From NCBI RefSeq assembly GCF_004010195.1, contig NC_057719.1, forward strand, positions 64,541,049 to 64,600,240: DNA of 59,192 bases, written 5' to 3'. This stretch comes from Chiloscyllium plagiosum (Eukaryota). The notes under the pieces are model-generated. The model did no database searches. It had not been told where the DNA came from and worked only from the letters and a program-made list of their open reading frames with translations. Both the position numbers and the translations under genes were made by a program. Shown piece after piece: positions 38,681-51,303 of the stretch (position 1 is its first letter; every line of letters begins with the position of its first letter).

Positions 38681-40731
38681 GTGGCTGATTGACTGAGTCC
38701 AAGCCCTGGACTGATATCAGAGACTGCCCTTGAGTTACTATGCCTGGACCCCATGACAGAAGGCTATTTGCCTTAATTTGACTGAGGACTGCTGCCAACC
38801 ATGACAAGCTTCCCAACACTGACAATTGTGTTTGTGCCAATTGTCAGTTAGTTGTGTGAGCCCTGGTATTTGGATGAGGAGAAATGCTATGAGCATCCTA
38901 AGGGGTTCATTGTGAGTGAGTGCTAAGAGAGCAAGGGAACTGCTCGCAAATGCAGCATGGACCAGTTCATGAGCTGGGTAAGTGACCATTACAATGATAG
39001 TTGCCAATGCAGCCTGAGGTGCATAATTGAAGTGCAGAAGATTCGGACATGTGCCATAGAGGTCTTAGAGGCTGGTACATGATGGATTCTGATGTCTGTG
39101 ATCTGTACCCATGGAGGGTGCCCTGATAATCTGTTGTGTGATGACCAACATGGAAGATTCTCACAGCCAGCAGCAAGCTGAAGTCAGGAGGTACCCACTC
39201 TGACTTTCATATCGAGAATTCTTGGCATCCAGTTTGCTCGTGGTGGTTGTTAAGATAGGAAGCAGTGTATTAATGAGTGTGCAATAAACAAAAACACAAA
39301 AGGCTGGGGTTCTGAACAAGAGTCATATCAGACTTGTAACATTAACACTGTTTTTCTCTTTATAGATACTGTCAGACCTGCTGAGTTTCTTTATGTTCTT
39401 ATTTGAGATTTCCAGCATCTGCAGTGTTTTGCTTTTATGTGCAGTGAATAAGACCGTTAACAAACGATCTTGCTTTTGATAGTCACCTTGCCGCTGCCTA
39501 GAATCTCGGCTTGATGCCTGAAACTAGTTAAAAATTGCAGCGAGTTGTTCCTAAAGTTGATTCAGGCTGAATTTCTTGTGTGAGTACTTATCATAGCCCA
39601 CAATGCTCAGGCTCCTATAAAATTCTATACTGACTTTGGTAAGAGCACTGCTCAGGGTCACAGGAAGGTTATCAGACCATCAGTGAATAGATTAAGAGGA
39701 GAAATGACTAAACTTGTCATCTCAAGGGCCTTTAGGGAAGGGCAATGAATGCTGACCTTGCAAATGATGCTCAGATTCCATGAATGAATATAAAATGCTT
39801 GCATCATAGTTAGCTTACGGTGAATGGATTGAGTGCATTTTTCAGGTGACATTTTGTGAGGAGGTTTTGAGATAGATGGAGTTTTTATTCTTTGCTGGTT
39901 AGGTAACATTGAGCAACCTTGCAAGTCGAAGATCCACTTCTTTGTATAGAGTGCGAGAGAAGTGTGGAATTCTTTCTCGAATTCGTAATTACACTCTCTA
40001 CCAATGATTTCAAATCTGTGAGTGATAGATTTTTGATACATAAAGGCATAATAGGTTATGGATCCAAGACAGGCTGGGTTCAGTTAGCTAACAGAGCAGT
40101 GAACAACTATAAACTCACTGCATAGGGAAACAGGTTTCAGAGGAGTTGAATGTTCAATTCTTGTCACTACATTCCTGTGCAAAGATAAAATTCAACTTTC
40201 TACCAGTTGACTCAGACCAAGTTATGTATTTTCACACAGGACACTGTTTGTTTGGATTTTCTTTTTAGTTTTGAAAGTGATCAATTTTATCAGAAAAAAA
40301 TCTAGAGCAGAAGCTAAATTGTACTGGAGAACACTTACTAGGACTTCTTTGATTGGCTAAATCATTCATCAAAGGTAAGGGCTTTGATTCTGCCAAAAAT
40401 AAACCTGGCAGGTGTGATTCAGAGGACCAGCTAGAGAGTGAATTTCATGCCATGAATCAGCCAATTAGAATAATTATAACAAAAGGTGTAGCATGACTGA
40501 GCTCAGAGGAACAGTTGTCAAGTCAGCAGCCCAGTATAATAGCTAATAAATTATCAAGCTGGTCAACAGTGCAGTGGAAAATCATGATGTTGGATCTGTA
40601 AGTTTTATAATTACAAGTGATGCTAAAGATGTTTGAAATATAACAAGACTTTTACTGCACTTCGATATAATTTGAGTGAAAGTGATGGAAAAATTTATGC
40701 ATTCATTGATTGTCTTTTGTTTCAATTATAG

Positions 40732-41842
40732 GTATTACTCTGTCTTGTATCCTTTAGAGAGGAAGATCTCGGAGACAAAATCCCGGGATTTGGTGATCTA
40801 CATCTGGATTCATGCCATTTTGGCAAGCATTCCAGTTTTTGCAGTGACCAATGTCTCAGACATCTATGCCATGTCTACATGCAGTAGTTCATGGAGCTAT
40901 TCCTTTGGGCACCTGGCTTATGTAATTGTGTATAACATCACCACAGTGATCCTGCCCATTGCTGTGGTGTTCTTGTTTATGATTCTGATCCGGAGAGCTC
41001 TCAGTGCCAGTCAGAAGAAGAAAGTAATCATTGCTGCATTACGAACTCCGCAAAACACAATTTCTATTCCATACGTTTCCCAGCGGGAAGCTGAACTGCA
41101 TGCCATGCTTCTCTCGATGGTGCTGATCTTCATTGTTTGCAGTGTTCCTTATGTGGTTTTTGTGATTTATCGAACCATTCTCAACATTGCTGACATCTCT
41201 GTCTTTTTGATGCTGACCGCAGTCTGGCTGCCGAAGGTCTCCCTGCTGACTAACCCGTTGCTCTTTCTGACGGTGAACAAGTCTGTTCGGAAATGTTTAG
41301 TAGGCACTGTGGTTCAGCTCCATCGCAGGTACAGTAGACGCAACATTGTCAACTCTGGTGGCCTCACGGACGCTACTCTTGAACCTGGCGTCCGTTCAGG
41401 TAGTCAGTTGCTGGAAATGTTCCACATTGGACAGCAGCAGATCTTCAAACCCTCTGAGGAGGATGACGAAAACGAGATTAAGTCACTTGGGTCGGCAGAC
41501 TGCCGGCAGAAAGACATAGCCACCTCTGTTGAACAGACTGTAGTGGAAAAATTTACTGCACACACCAGTGACTCCCCTACAGCAGCTGGAGCGGCAGCTG
41601 CACCACCTCTAGATTCAGATGTAATCTCCGACAAGTATGCATTGCAGTTCGGCTTTGGCCCATTCGAGCTGCCCCCGCAATGGCTTTCGGAGACACGGAA
41701 CAGCAAGAAAAGACTGTTGCCTCCCTTGGGCAACACACCGGAGGAACTGATTCAAACGACTGAAAAGCAACCAAAGTTTAGAACAGAATGGAAAATAAGT
41801 CGAAATAATAAAGTTAGCATTTTTCCGAAAGTGGACACTTAG
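40732..41842 (+). CDS. GPR176: GPR176 terminal coding exon (Y of DRY, TM4-TM7 and long C-tail)
   Basis: Acceptor tgtcttttgtttcaattatag|G TAT TAC completes the split codon AG|G (R of DRY). Open frame YYSVLYPLERKIS...QFGFGPFELPPQWLSETRNSKKRLLPPLGNTPEELIQT...NNKVSIFPKVDT* with TAG at 41840-41842, typical of GPR176. Confidence 0.97.
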
Positions 41843-44707
41843 TCCTTCGAATAAATCCAGCTGGCGTTCTGGAAACTAACTGCCCTGGAACACCACAGCA
41901 CAGAGTGTCATTGTAATGTGTTGTGTGTCAAAGTAATTATATATAAAGAAAAGAACAAGCTTCATACCAGGTATTTCTTTCGATAGAAAGCAACATTCTT
42001 GAGCATTCTTATTAGAAGGATTTGTTTCTAAGGTTGTTGTTCATCTTCAGCTGAAGAATTCTCTTCACCATACCTTCAAAATTGTGCATATGTTTCATAT
42101 TTTGATATGAAAGAATAAGTGGATAGTACTTTGGTTTAAACTGTAACACTTCAAAAGTGAATGAACTTCCAAGTGTTTGAAAAATGTTTATTTTCATACA
42201 CAATTTATAGAGGATTGCTTAACCTTTTTTTTAAACTGGTGTTTAGTTTGTTGTGACAATGTGGGAGAATCAGCAATTTTTTTGGATTCTCTGGAATATT
42301 TTAACGTGCATCTTATTTGAGCTCCTTCCTGCGAACCATCATCATATCATCATTAACATGCCCGTAACGACACAGAGACTCAATTTGTAATCATTTAAAG
42401 TAGAATTTAAAAGTTCATGTGAGGGCAGTATTTGTGGTTCTCTCACCATTCAAAGCTTTGCAGCAGTTTTTAAAATTTATCTCCTGAATGTGGGTATCTG
42501 TGGCATTTATTACCCATTTCCCATTGCCCTGCAAAGATGGTGGAGGCCATTCTTCTTGAGTGGGTTGTTGCAAGCTAGTGACACCAGAGGACAGTTCAGA
42601 ATCAGTGGCACGGGTGTAGGGATGAAGTCACACATAGGTCTGACTAGGATGGAAGTTTTCCTGCCCCAAAGACATTACTGAACCTATTAGGATTTTTGTG
42701 ACAATCCAACAGCTTCAGGGTCACTTTTATTGAGGCAGCTGTTTTATTTCTAGCTTTATTTGTAACTGAACTCAAATTTTCAAATTGCCAGGCTGATATT
42801 TGAACCCACACCAGTTGCATTATTACTCCCGGCTCTGGAGTACTAGTCCAGTAGCATAACCAACACAGTACTTTACCCAGTTATAGGGTCGTCGGAAAAG
42901 CACAGGAAAGTCCATTCATCCGAAGAAGCCCATGTTCGCTGTTTACAGAGTAATCTGATCTGGTCAGTATCATTCCCTTGCACTGTCCACACAGTCATGC
43001 AAATACATTTTCTTCAAGTTCCTGCCAACTTTCTTTATCCTCAAATTGTAGTTTTTTTTGATGCATTGCAAAGCCATCACCTTTCTATTTTGAGGCACCA
43101 TTTCTGACAGACCAACTTGACCATAAATTGATCTGTAAAGTGACATGTCTATCTGGTATGTGACCTCTAACGTAACCAAAAGAGAGTGCAGATTGAACTG
43201 TATTGAGCAGCTGAATTATTTCAATCATTTTTCAATACTATTAATATTACAGTGTTATGTTTTATGAAAGAAACTTAAGTTTTTCATTAATCTAGTTACT
43301 GTATTGCATCTTTGGTATAAAAATTTCCACAATGTCATTGTCATGATGTTATGTGGTCAGTATTTTTACGATAAAATAATGTGAAACAAATAGTTGTGCT
43401 CTACATTTCAAGTTGTTAATAGTTTATAATGTAACAATATTTTTATCCTTTTTTATTGGCCTGAAACAGTTGACTGGCAGAGATATTAGCCAGCTTTTAA
43501 GCAGCATGAACGTGTTTGTTTATTACCTTCTGTGTATTTGCAATTCGCATTACTGGAACAGCCACATATAACTCCATGTCCTTGCCATAAACCTCATGGA
43601 TGTGGTATTAAAAGAAGTTATTGTCCTGATGTTGCATCTTTGCAAGGCACACTTCGAAGATGAATCAATGTATATTGTTTTACGTTAAAACCATTGTATA
43701 GTTTGATTTTTAGAGTGATATCAGAATTGTGGGCATAATATTGTGTCACTTCCTTTGATAACATATCTATTTATATAAACATACATTTAAATTAGTACAC
43801 TTCACATATTATAAAACACATACCTTATTGTTATTGGAAACATTCAACTCTTCTGGAGAATTTCCCAGATCTTCCTAGGAGTGCAATGTCGCTGAATTTG
43901 TGTCAGGGAAAGGTGAAACATTCGGGGATATCCCAAAGCACAATTTTAAATTGACTGACAATAGACTGTTCCGTAAGAATTTTTTATTAACTTTAATGCA
44001 ATGCCACTCTCTGTGTTCCAGATTATTCTTCAAATATTCCTTGTGTGACAGTTCAGTACAACACATTGGATTTAATATAAGCATTCATGGCAAGAGCATC
44101 CCACCTTTGTTCCATTTATTTAATATTGTGTGCTTAGGTAGAACTATGTTTATTTGTGTTTGAAAATGTAGATCTGTCTAAAGAGATTTGATTTCTGTTT
44201 ATGCTGTTGCAAAGTGCTTTTGTTTGATTCTTATCCAATATGCAGCAAGAGACAAGCAATTCAAAGATCAGTATTACCAAAAACAGTTTCAAGTATCTGA
44301 AGCCAAGGCAAATATTAATGTGAGTTTATAGGAGATAAAAGTTTTCTTTCAAAATGGAACCCTTTCAAACAAATTAGTTGATTGTGACTATCACAGCAAC
44401 ACTAGGGAGGTGAGGAAATGGGGGACTTGCTTGTTTCCATTAATGGTGCTTCTATAAATGTAAATTGTCAGCACTTTCACTTCTTCCAGGACCGGTCTCT
44501 TTGCTTTAATTGGGAACCATTGGTCTTGGGTAAATTGTCAGGAAGGTTTTTCCAAGTATGGCACATCTTCTACAATGGTGAAATGGCACTGGAAATAAAT
44601 TACAAGGCAGGAAGAAAGAAGAATTTCAAAGGCACAAAGTGGAGGAGGTGATTTAAGGGAGAGAACTTGGTCTCTGATCCATCATAAAACAAAGCATTTC
44701 ATGACAA

Positions 44708-44995
44708 GAATCATAGAATCCCTACAGTATGGAAACAGGCCCTTCAGCCCAACAAGTCCACATTGACCCTCCAAAGAGTAACCCATCTCCGTACACTATA
44801 TTTATCCCTGACTAATGCAGCTAACCTACATACCCCTGAATACTATGGGCAATTTAGCATGGCCAATTCATCTAACTTGCACATCCTTGAGCTGTGGGAG
44901 GAAACCCACACAGACAGTTGCCTGAGGCTGGAATTGAACCTGGCTCCCTGGTGTTATGAGGTAGCAATGCTAACCATTGAGCTACTGTGCCACCC
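44708..44995 (-). mobile_element. HE1 SINE
   Basis: agaatcatagaatccctacagtatggaaacagg tail through gctaaccattgagctactgtgccacc head. Confidence 0.82.
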
Positions 44996-45049
44996 TACAG
45001 TACCAACTCTGTTGGGCCTCGAACCTGAAACCTTTGAATCCTTTCAAAC

Positions 45050-45169
45050 CACTAGAAGTCCAACTGTGGATGCTGGAGATCTGAAGCCAAAACAGAAATT
45101 GGTGGAGAAACTAGGGAGGTGGGCAGAAAGCAGAGTTGACCTCTTGAGTCCAGTGACTCTTCATCAGAA
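45050..45169 (-). mobile_element. PLE 3'-end fragment (family B)
   Basis: Minus-strand ttCTGATGAaGAGTCactgGACTCaaga (GAAA mutated), core at 45161-45167. Confidence 0.7.
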
Positions 45170-45795
45170 ATTGTGGCAAGTTGTCAAGTTTAAGTTCACA
45201 TCTGATAAGATTCATGTTTAAATTCCAGTTCACGTTCATATCTGTGCGTGTTTTAAAGAAGTTTCATTTATTAGTAAGTCAGTATTTCACTGGAGTTTGT
45301 TTTTGCTAGAGAAAACACTGATTATGTTTAGTTGCCATTGGAAAAGATTAGATTGATGGGCAAGATTCTTTTCGGAAATTGTTTCATTGCAACTCTGTAA
45401 AGTGAGTTGGCCAGGATTTTCAATCTTGGTTTAACGTCCTTAATCCGCACATTATGTTTCAGACATACCTACCCAGTACATGACTAATTAATGGCAGGGA
45501 TGGGCTCATTGTCGTGTGGATTGATTCTGGAGGGACAGCTTTTCCATGGGAGGACCACTGACCACAATCGTGACCCAGAAACTGCCTTGGCTCATGGAGT
45601 GAGCTGGCAAGGAGGGGAAGTTAGCACGAGCTGTGTGTCCCTTGCATGATTGCTGCAGCCCCTAATACCCTACCATGAAGCTTTCAGACAGTCCAGGAAT
45701 GGTCCTGCAATTATCAATCATTCCTAGTTCGTTTGAAAATGGCTCGGAGTTGGGCTGGTGTGGTGAACCAGAACATAGCCTAGTCATGTTAAACT

Positions 45796-45922
45796 TCTGA
45801 AGAAGGGCTTATGCCCGAAACGTCGATTCTCCTGTTCCCTGGATGCTGCCTGACCTGCTGCGCTTTTCCAGCAACACATTTTCAGCTCTGATCTCCAGCA
45901 TCTGCAGACCTCACTTTCTCCC
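45796..45922 (+). ncRNA. PLE 3'-end insertion with intact minimal hammerhead ribozyme core, 11-bp TSD
   Basis: CTGAAGA(45797)-A-GGGC-TTAT-GCCC-GAAA-CGTC-GA; TSD catgttaaact at 45785-45795 and 45923-45933. Confidence 0.8.
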
Positions 45923-46364
45923 CATGTTAAACTCCATGCCTGCCCAATGGCAGTCTGCATCCCAGAACTAACTCAAACATCTGCCCCAATGTTACACATG
46001 AGTCTGTCTTGAGAGACCACTGAGCATCCTGGATATACAGGGTAAAATTTCTTTTTACCAAGCTTGTACAAACAAATTTCTTGTCTCATTTGATTTGCCC
46101 TAATAGAAAGGCCCACTGAGTCTTGAATTTTGCTCCAAGGCAGATCTTGAATGTAGTCAGCTCTGCCAACCACAGATATGGATTCTAAATGCCCATAGGT
46201 ATGACTAATGTTGGGGCAGGCTGATTAGACTGAAAAGATTTGCCTAAGTCTCCAGACTATCACAATGGTGCATTCTGTTTTGACAACTGGAGGAAACTTT
46301 ATTCCATTGATGTCTTTATAAGAACTTATAATAGGCTGTTCTTTTTGTTATTTTGTTTCATTAG

Positions 46365-46560
46365 AAACCCTACAGTGTAGAAACATGCCATTCAGCCCAT
46401 CAAATCCACACCTACCCTCTGAAGAGCATCCCACCCAAACTGATCCCACTACCCTATCGCCGTAACCTTGCATTTTCCATGGCTAACACACCTAACACAC
46501 ATCCCTAGATACTACAGGGCAATTTGGGCACAGCCAATCGATGTAACCTGCATATCTTTA
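46365..46560 (-). mobile_element. HE1-type SINE 3' fragment
   Basis: ccctacagtgtagaaacatgccattcagcccatcaaatccacac...ctacagggcaattt. Confidence 0.65.
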
Positions 46561-46886
46561 TAAAAAGCACATTTTTATGGCATTGTATGAACAGCTAGAA
46601 TTGTTGATTTTTTTTACTCTCGAGCAGTTCCATATGCTATTGTTACATTGTCTTGTTATATGGTATTTACTGGGTGGATAGGTACAGAGGGCCATACGGA
46701 ATTGGCATGGAGCTATAAAGGGCATGAATTGGCTTTGAGTTAAAATGGAAGACATGGGTAAGAATATTTGACCTTACCTTTCAAAATGTTCCCACAGATT
46801 ACGGAGTAATTGGTCAAGATTCTATGAAAGTTTTGTGGGCTAGAAGATACTGATCCTCACAATGGGGCGAGGCCAGGCTGAGAATA

Positions 46887-47100
46887 CAGGTGGCTCTCCT
46901 AAAATGCGTAGGTTGCATCTTGTGCAAACATGGGTTATAGAAAAATCGCTCATTAGAAACAGCGCTTAAAGTGTTGGCAATGTAATTGCGTTACAGCCAA
47001 CATGTCTTAAAAGTTCACGTTTTAGAAAGTGTCCCCAATCCGTCAATTGTATCACAGTGATTTCGCGCTAACGAAACATGCGTTATAGTAGAACAACCTG
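46887..47100. mobile_element. Tc1/mariner-pogo (Tigger-like) MITE, 214 bp
   Basis: TA|CAGGTGGCTCTCCTAAAATGCG ... TGCGTTATAGTAGAACAACCTG|TC; the 22-bp ends are inverted at 16/22 positions; internally CpG-rich. Confidence 0.65.
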
Positions 47101-48149
47101 TCCAGGAATCCTACATGGTTATAAAATACCAGTGTGAAAACTGGGAGCACTAGAAACGGAGGCAGGAACCCCAGAATTGGGTCTTGCCTGCCATTTTTAA
47201 ATGGCTGTGGTGTCATTGCGACTCTGTGAAAATCTAGGCCACAGTATTGGTGATAACATTTATTATCAGTGATCTACTTACTGAAACAGGTTATTGTCAG
47301 CTATCTAAAAAAAGTGCCACACTGGACTAGACAGGTAAAGGTTTTTGCAACCTGAAGCTGCAACTAATCAGATATCTGCAAGATGTATTTAGGAGAAATT
47401 CGAGAACGAGATACTTATGACTTGTTCACACAGATTACGGAGTAATTGGTCAAGATTCTGTATTCCCAGTGTGGATCGTCTCATTCATATGATGCACATA
47501 CGATCAAGTATTTCATATGTTTATGAACACATTGACTTGCATTTTGTAAATAAAGTACTTTTAAGAACAATGGATATGTTGCTGTGCTAAATAAAAATCT
47601 TTTCATTTAAATTCTATTTAAACCATTGAAGTTTATACTGAAGGAACTTCTATTTTGGTTTTGCTGCACTTTGGTATTTTTTACTTGTATATCTCTGATC
47701 AGGTTATGTTCCTGTACGGTTGAATTTCAAAGAAGTCAATTCTGATTAAAGATTTATTCTATGTGTTTTCCCATAGCAAAAAAAAAATCCCACATTTGTT
47801 AATTTAAAAGAAATCTTCAGTAGGATCAGGTGAAATCAGTGTTTGTTACCCGCCCCTTGGCTCTATAGTCCATTCATCAGCCTAATGGACAATTGGTTTC
47901 ATTTCAAAGAATATTAAAATTTAAATAAAGCCCTAGTTCATTTTGATGGGAAACTACTACGGATTCAGATGTTTTCGCATCCTCAGATTTCCTGTACCTC
48001 AGTCTTAACTCCAGAAATTCTCCCCTGAGAATCCTTCCTGAGTAGTCAAGACTATTTGGAATTGGAAACAAAATCTGTAGAAATAAAATAGTTAATTATT
48101 ACCTGTGACAGTAGAGGCTGTCATTCTTTACTTGAAACATTTGTTTACT

Positions 48150-48440
48150 TTTATTTCTATCACTCAACATTGGTTTGTCCTTTTCAGCAGTGTATCCAGC
48201 AATTTTCCTGCTTTATCTGGATCTTCTCTTTTGTTCCACCTAACCCTCCGCCGCGTTTTCAACACATAAAATCCATCACACTTCACCGTATTTTTGGTTC
48301 CAAAGAATCATTTTGGAATGATTCCAAGAATCAAAAGGTTAACTGTCTCTCTTTCACAGATGCTGCCAGACTGATTGTGTTTCTCCAGCATTTTCCCCAT
48401 TTGTTTCAGATTTTCAGCATTTGCAGTATTTTGCTTTTAC
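48150..48440 (+). mobile_element. Degraded PLE 3' region (family B)
   Basis: gttaactgtctctctttcacagatgctgccagactg...ttcagattttcagcatttgcagtattttgc tail. Confidence 0.6.
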
Positions 48441-48643
48441 TCATCCAACCTGTCATGTTTACTTGCTCTGAACAATCAGCGAGTGGACATATTGATGTAT
48501 GGCATTGCATGACTTCAATGTTACACAGCATATGGCAGAAACTTACGTGGCAATCACTCTGCATGTGGTGTAACTAAATGACCATACCTAGACGTCTAAA
48601 AGAGTAGTCCTTAGTACAGTGAAGGGCGACAATTGTCAGTCAT

Positions 48644-48727
48644 GAAGAAGGGCTTATACCCGAAACGTCGATTCTCCTGCTCCTTGGATGCTGCCTGACC
48701 TGCTGTGCTTTTCCAGCAACACATTTT
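48644..48727 (+). mobile_element. Short PLE 3'-end insertion (family A), 8-bp TSD
   Basis: (a)TGAAGAaGGGcttataCCCGAAAcGTCga; direct repeat tcagtcat at 48636-48643 and 48728-48735. Confidence 0.78.
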
Positions 48728-50199
48728 TCAGTCATTAATGGGTGTCTATTTGGTATCCACAGTACTTTGATTTTACTTTCCCATATTATTGCCATGATTA
48801 AAGGATTTTGACTTGGCACAATGCCAGATCCCTCTTTCCATTATGTGTATAATGGCTAAGACAAGCCTAAAGATGTTTCATTAACTTTTGCTGTCCCTTT
48901 TGACTTGGTCATCATTTTCAATCCTTTCTTGAAATCTTGAGTTCTATTTCATTTAATGGAGATTGCTCGGGTGAAAAATATCTTTAGATCCACTTCTTTA
49001 ATCAGACACTCTTAATCGAGTAGCTTTTTTTCAGATAGAACTCAAAGCCATTTCAACATCATATAATACAGAATCTCCAAGGACTTATTAAAATTAAAAA
49101 TGAACTGAATGGAAATTCAGCTGAATGAAAGCTCTGGATTTTACTTCTATTATAAAGAAAAGAAAATCATATGCATTTGAATTTTTAAAAATCTCTTCTT
49201 ATTTCATAAAATTTCCCAAGTGTGATTATAATTACTGAATAGTGCCTGTGTTTTTTAATGTATTATCAACTGATTGTGATCATTTTCAATGCGATACTGA
49301 AGTTATCAGGGTTATTTTAATCTGAAAACATTTAATAGAAGTAATTTTTGTTTTTTAAACTAGTACCTCAATGTTATTTATTAAAATACTATAGCCATCC
49401 CACCATTTATTAGGTGCACAAGGGGTGCCTATGAATTCAATATGCCAGTGGCATGCAGTCTGTCATTCTGTACTCCATGCTAAATTAAATCAGGCTGCTT
49501 CTTAGTTGTGCATCTGAAGCTTGTTAAATAATGACTAAAGTATTTAAATAAGGTTTTATGGGTTATTGTACAACTCTTTTCTGACATTGGACACCTCAAG
49601 ATCTTATGTGCAATCTGGTAAACTCATCCAACAACAATTTGTGGTGCTAATGGAAGGAAGGAGTCTTCTGCAGCACTATTTAAAAGGCTAATCCACTCAA
49701 TACACTTAAATTGCTGGATTATTCTTTTAGATTGCGTAGGCGCTAGGAAGGTGATAGGTAGATGAAGGTGTGGGGTGGTGGTGATAGGTCAGAGTGAAGG
49801 GTGGAGCAGATAGGTGGGAAGAAAGACAGACAGGAGGTTAGCTTTTCAACATTTCGTTTATTTTCTAATATATGAAAAAATTTTGAAGGTGCACGTTTGT
49901 TTGCATAGATTTTCATGGAGTATTTGATTGACTGGACCAACTCATGCTTCGTTTGAACCTTCCACTATCGTTACTCATCCAACTCTATGACACTATAACT
50001 TGGTAAACACAGCTCTGTCTCTAATCCCTTTTCTCTCATATGCTTACTTATGTTCTCCTTAAATGCAATTTAATTACTCCTTGTGATGGTGAGTCCTGCA
50101 TTCTCACCAATCTCTGACAATAGAGGTTTCTTCTGATTTTTAATATTTGGTTTCTTTGTGTCTATCAATAGTCTCTAATTTTATTTTTTCCCCACAAGT

Positions 50200-50818
50200 A
50201 GGGAAGGCATCAGTGCAGGTGGATAAGGTGTTAAGAAGACATTTGACAAACCTACCTTTATTAGTCAAGGCATTGAATACAAGCACAGGAGCTTGTATAA
50301 GACATTTGTTACACCAGTTCTGGTTGCCACACTATAGGAAAGATGTAATTGCACTTGAGAAAATTCACCAGGATTTGCCAAGCGCTGGGCTTTTCAGCTA
50401 TGAAAAGATATTAGATAGGTTGGGGTCAAAATCTTTACAGCAAAAGATGCTGAACAGGGATTTGATTGAGGTATACAAAATTATGAGGGGGGGTGGAGAG
50501 AGGTGGATAGGAAGAAACCTTTTCCCAAAGCAGAAGGGGCAGTAATCAGACAGTTAAGGTTAAAGAGTATGTGGTTTGGAAGGGAATTAGGAAGGATTTC
50601 TTTCACCCACATGATGGTGGACTTTTGGAATTTACTGCCTGAGAGGGTGGTGGAGGTGGGAGCTATCACAACATTTAAGAAATATATGGATAAATATTTG
50701 AAGTACCATCGCATAAAAGGCTGTGGACCAAGTGTTGGAAAATTGTACTAGACAGTGTTTGATGCACATGACAGGCCAGAGGGCCTCTTTCTGTCCTATA
50801 AAAGTGTATGATTCTAAG
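50200..50818 (+). mobile_element. Degraded CR1 3' fragment
   Basis: QFWLPHYRKDVIALE, DLIEVYKIMRG, WNLLPERVVE. Confidence 0.8.
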
Positions 50819-51303
50819 CAGAAGTATTTCCTGTCGCTACCTTGTCAAAATATTCCATAATTTTAAATTTACATTTGAAGTTAATTCTCTGCCCTTCTGT
50901 TTTGAGAAAATAGTGATGCAATCTGTACTCACCAGTTCCTCTATTTCTAAACGCAGCGGTTGTATAAAAAGAGACATTTGATGCATTTACATTCAGCTAA
51001 TTGTCTCAGTTACCTGAAAGAAAAGTCAGTTTCGTTTCTGTAAAGCAGCCCACTCCATTGCTACCACATCCGTCACTTACAAATTCACTCTGTCCGCTGT
51101 GGCAGCAGTGTATCATCTGCAAGTTATGCACAGCGAGTTATCATCTTCAAAACTGGCAACCTCTAGAATGTAGCTTGACAAGGGTAATAGATGCTTGGAA
51201 GTGCCACCACCTGCAAGTTCCTGGCGGCACCAAACTCCAGGTATCACTATGTCTTCACTTGAAAATCTTCAAACTCCTTTCTAATGTGATGATGCTGCTC
51301 CAT

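Larger units (their letters stand above)
14207..40731 (+). other. GPR176: GPR176 intron 2 (26,525 bp, GT-AG)
   Basis: Phase-compatible donor and acceptor join ...ALDR to YYSV...; no intervening GPR176-like peptide is needed. Confidence 0.92.
41843..47620 (+). other. Putative GPR176 3' UTR (extent uncertain)
   Basis: AT-rich sequence after the stop. AATAAA at 41850-41855, plus a cluster at 47549-47554 (ttttgtaaataaa) and 47590-47595 followed by T-rich sequence. No transcript data. Confidence 0.4.

Noticed and set aside
40676..40731. N-terminal extension of the 388-aa ORF (MKVMEKFMHSLIVFCFNY)
   Set aside because: Intronic read-through upstream of the acceptor; GPR176 similarity starts at RYYS.
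41404..41774. Antisense ORFs of 110 and 65 aa
   Set aside because: Shadow frames of the GPR176 coding exon with no independent support.
45409..47240. Single TIR element from ggccaggattttca to tgaaaatctaggcc
   Set aside because: The ends match at 12/14, but there is no convincing TSD and the interior looks like several separate pieces; more likely ends of two copies.
46787..47459. CRISPR-like repeat (37 bp)
   Set aside because: Only two copies, about 600 bp apart, in vertebrate DNA with no cas genes.
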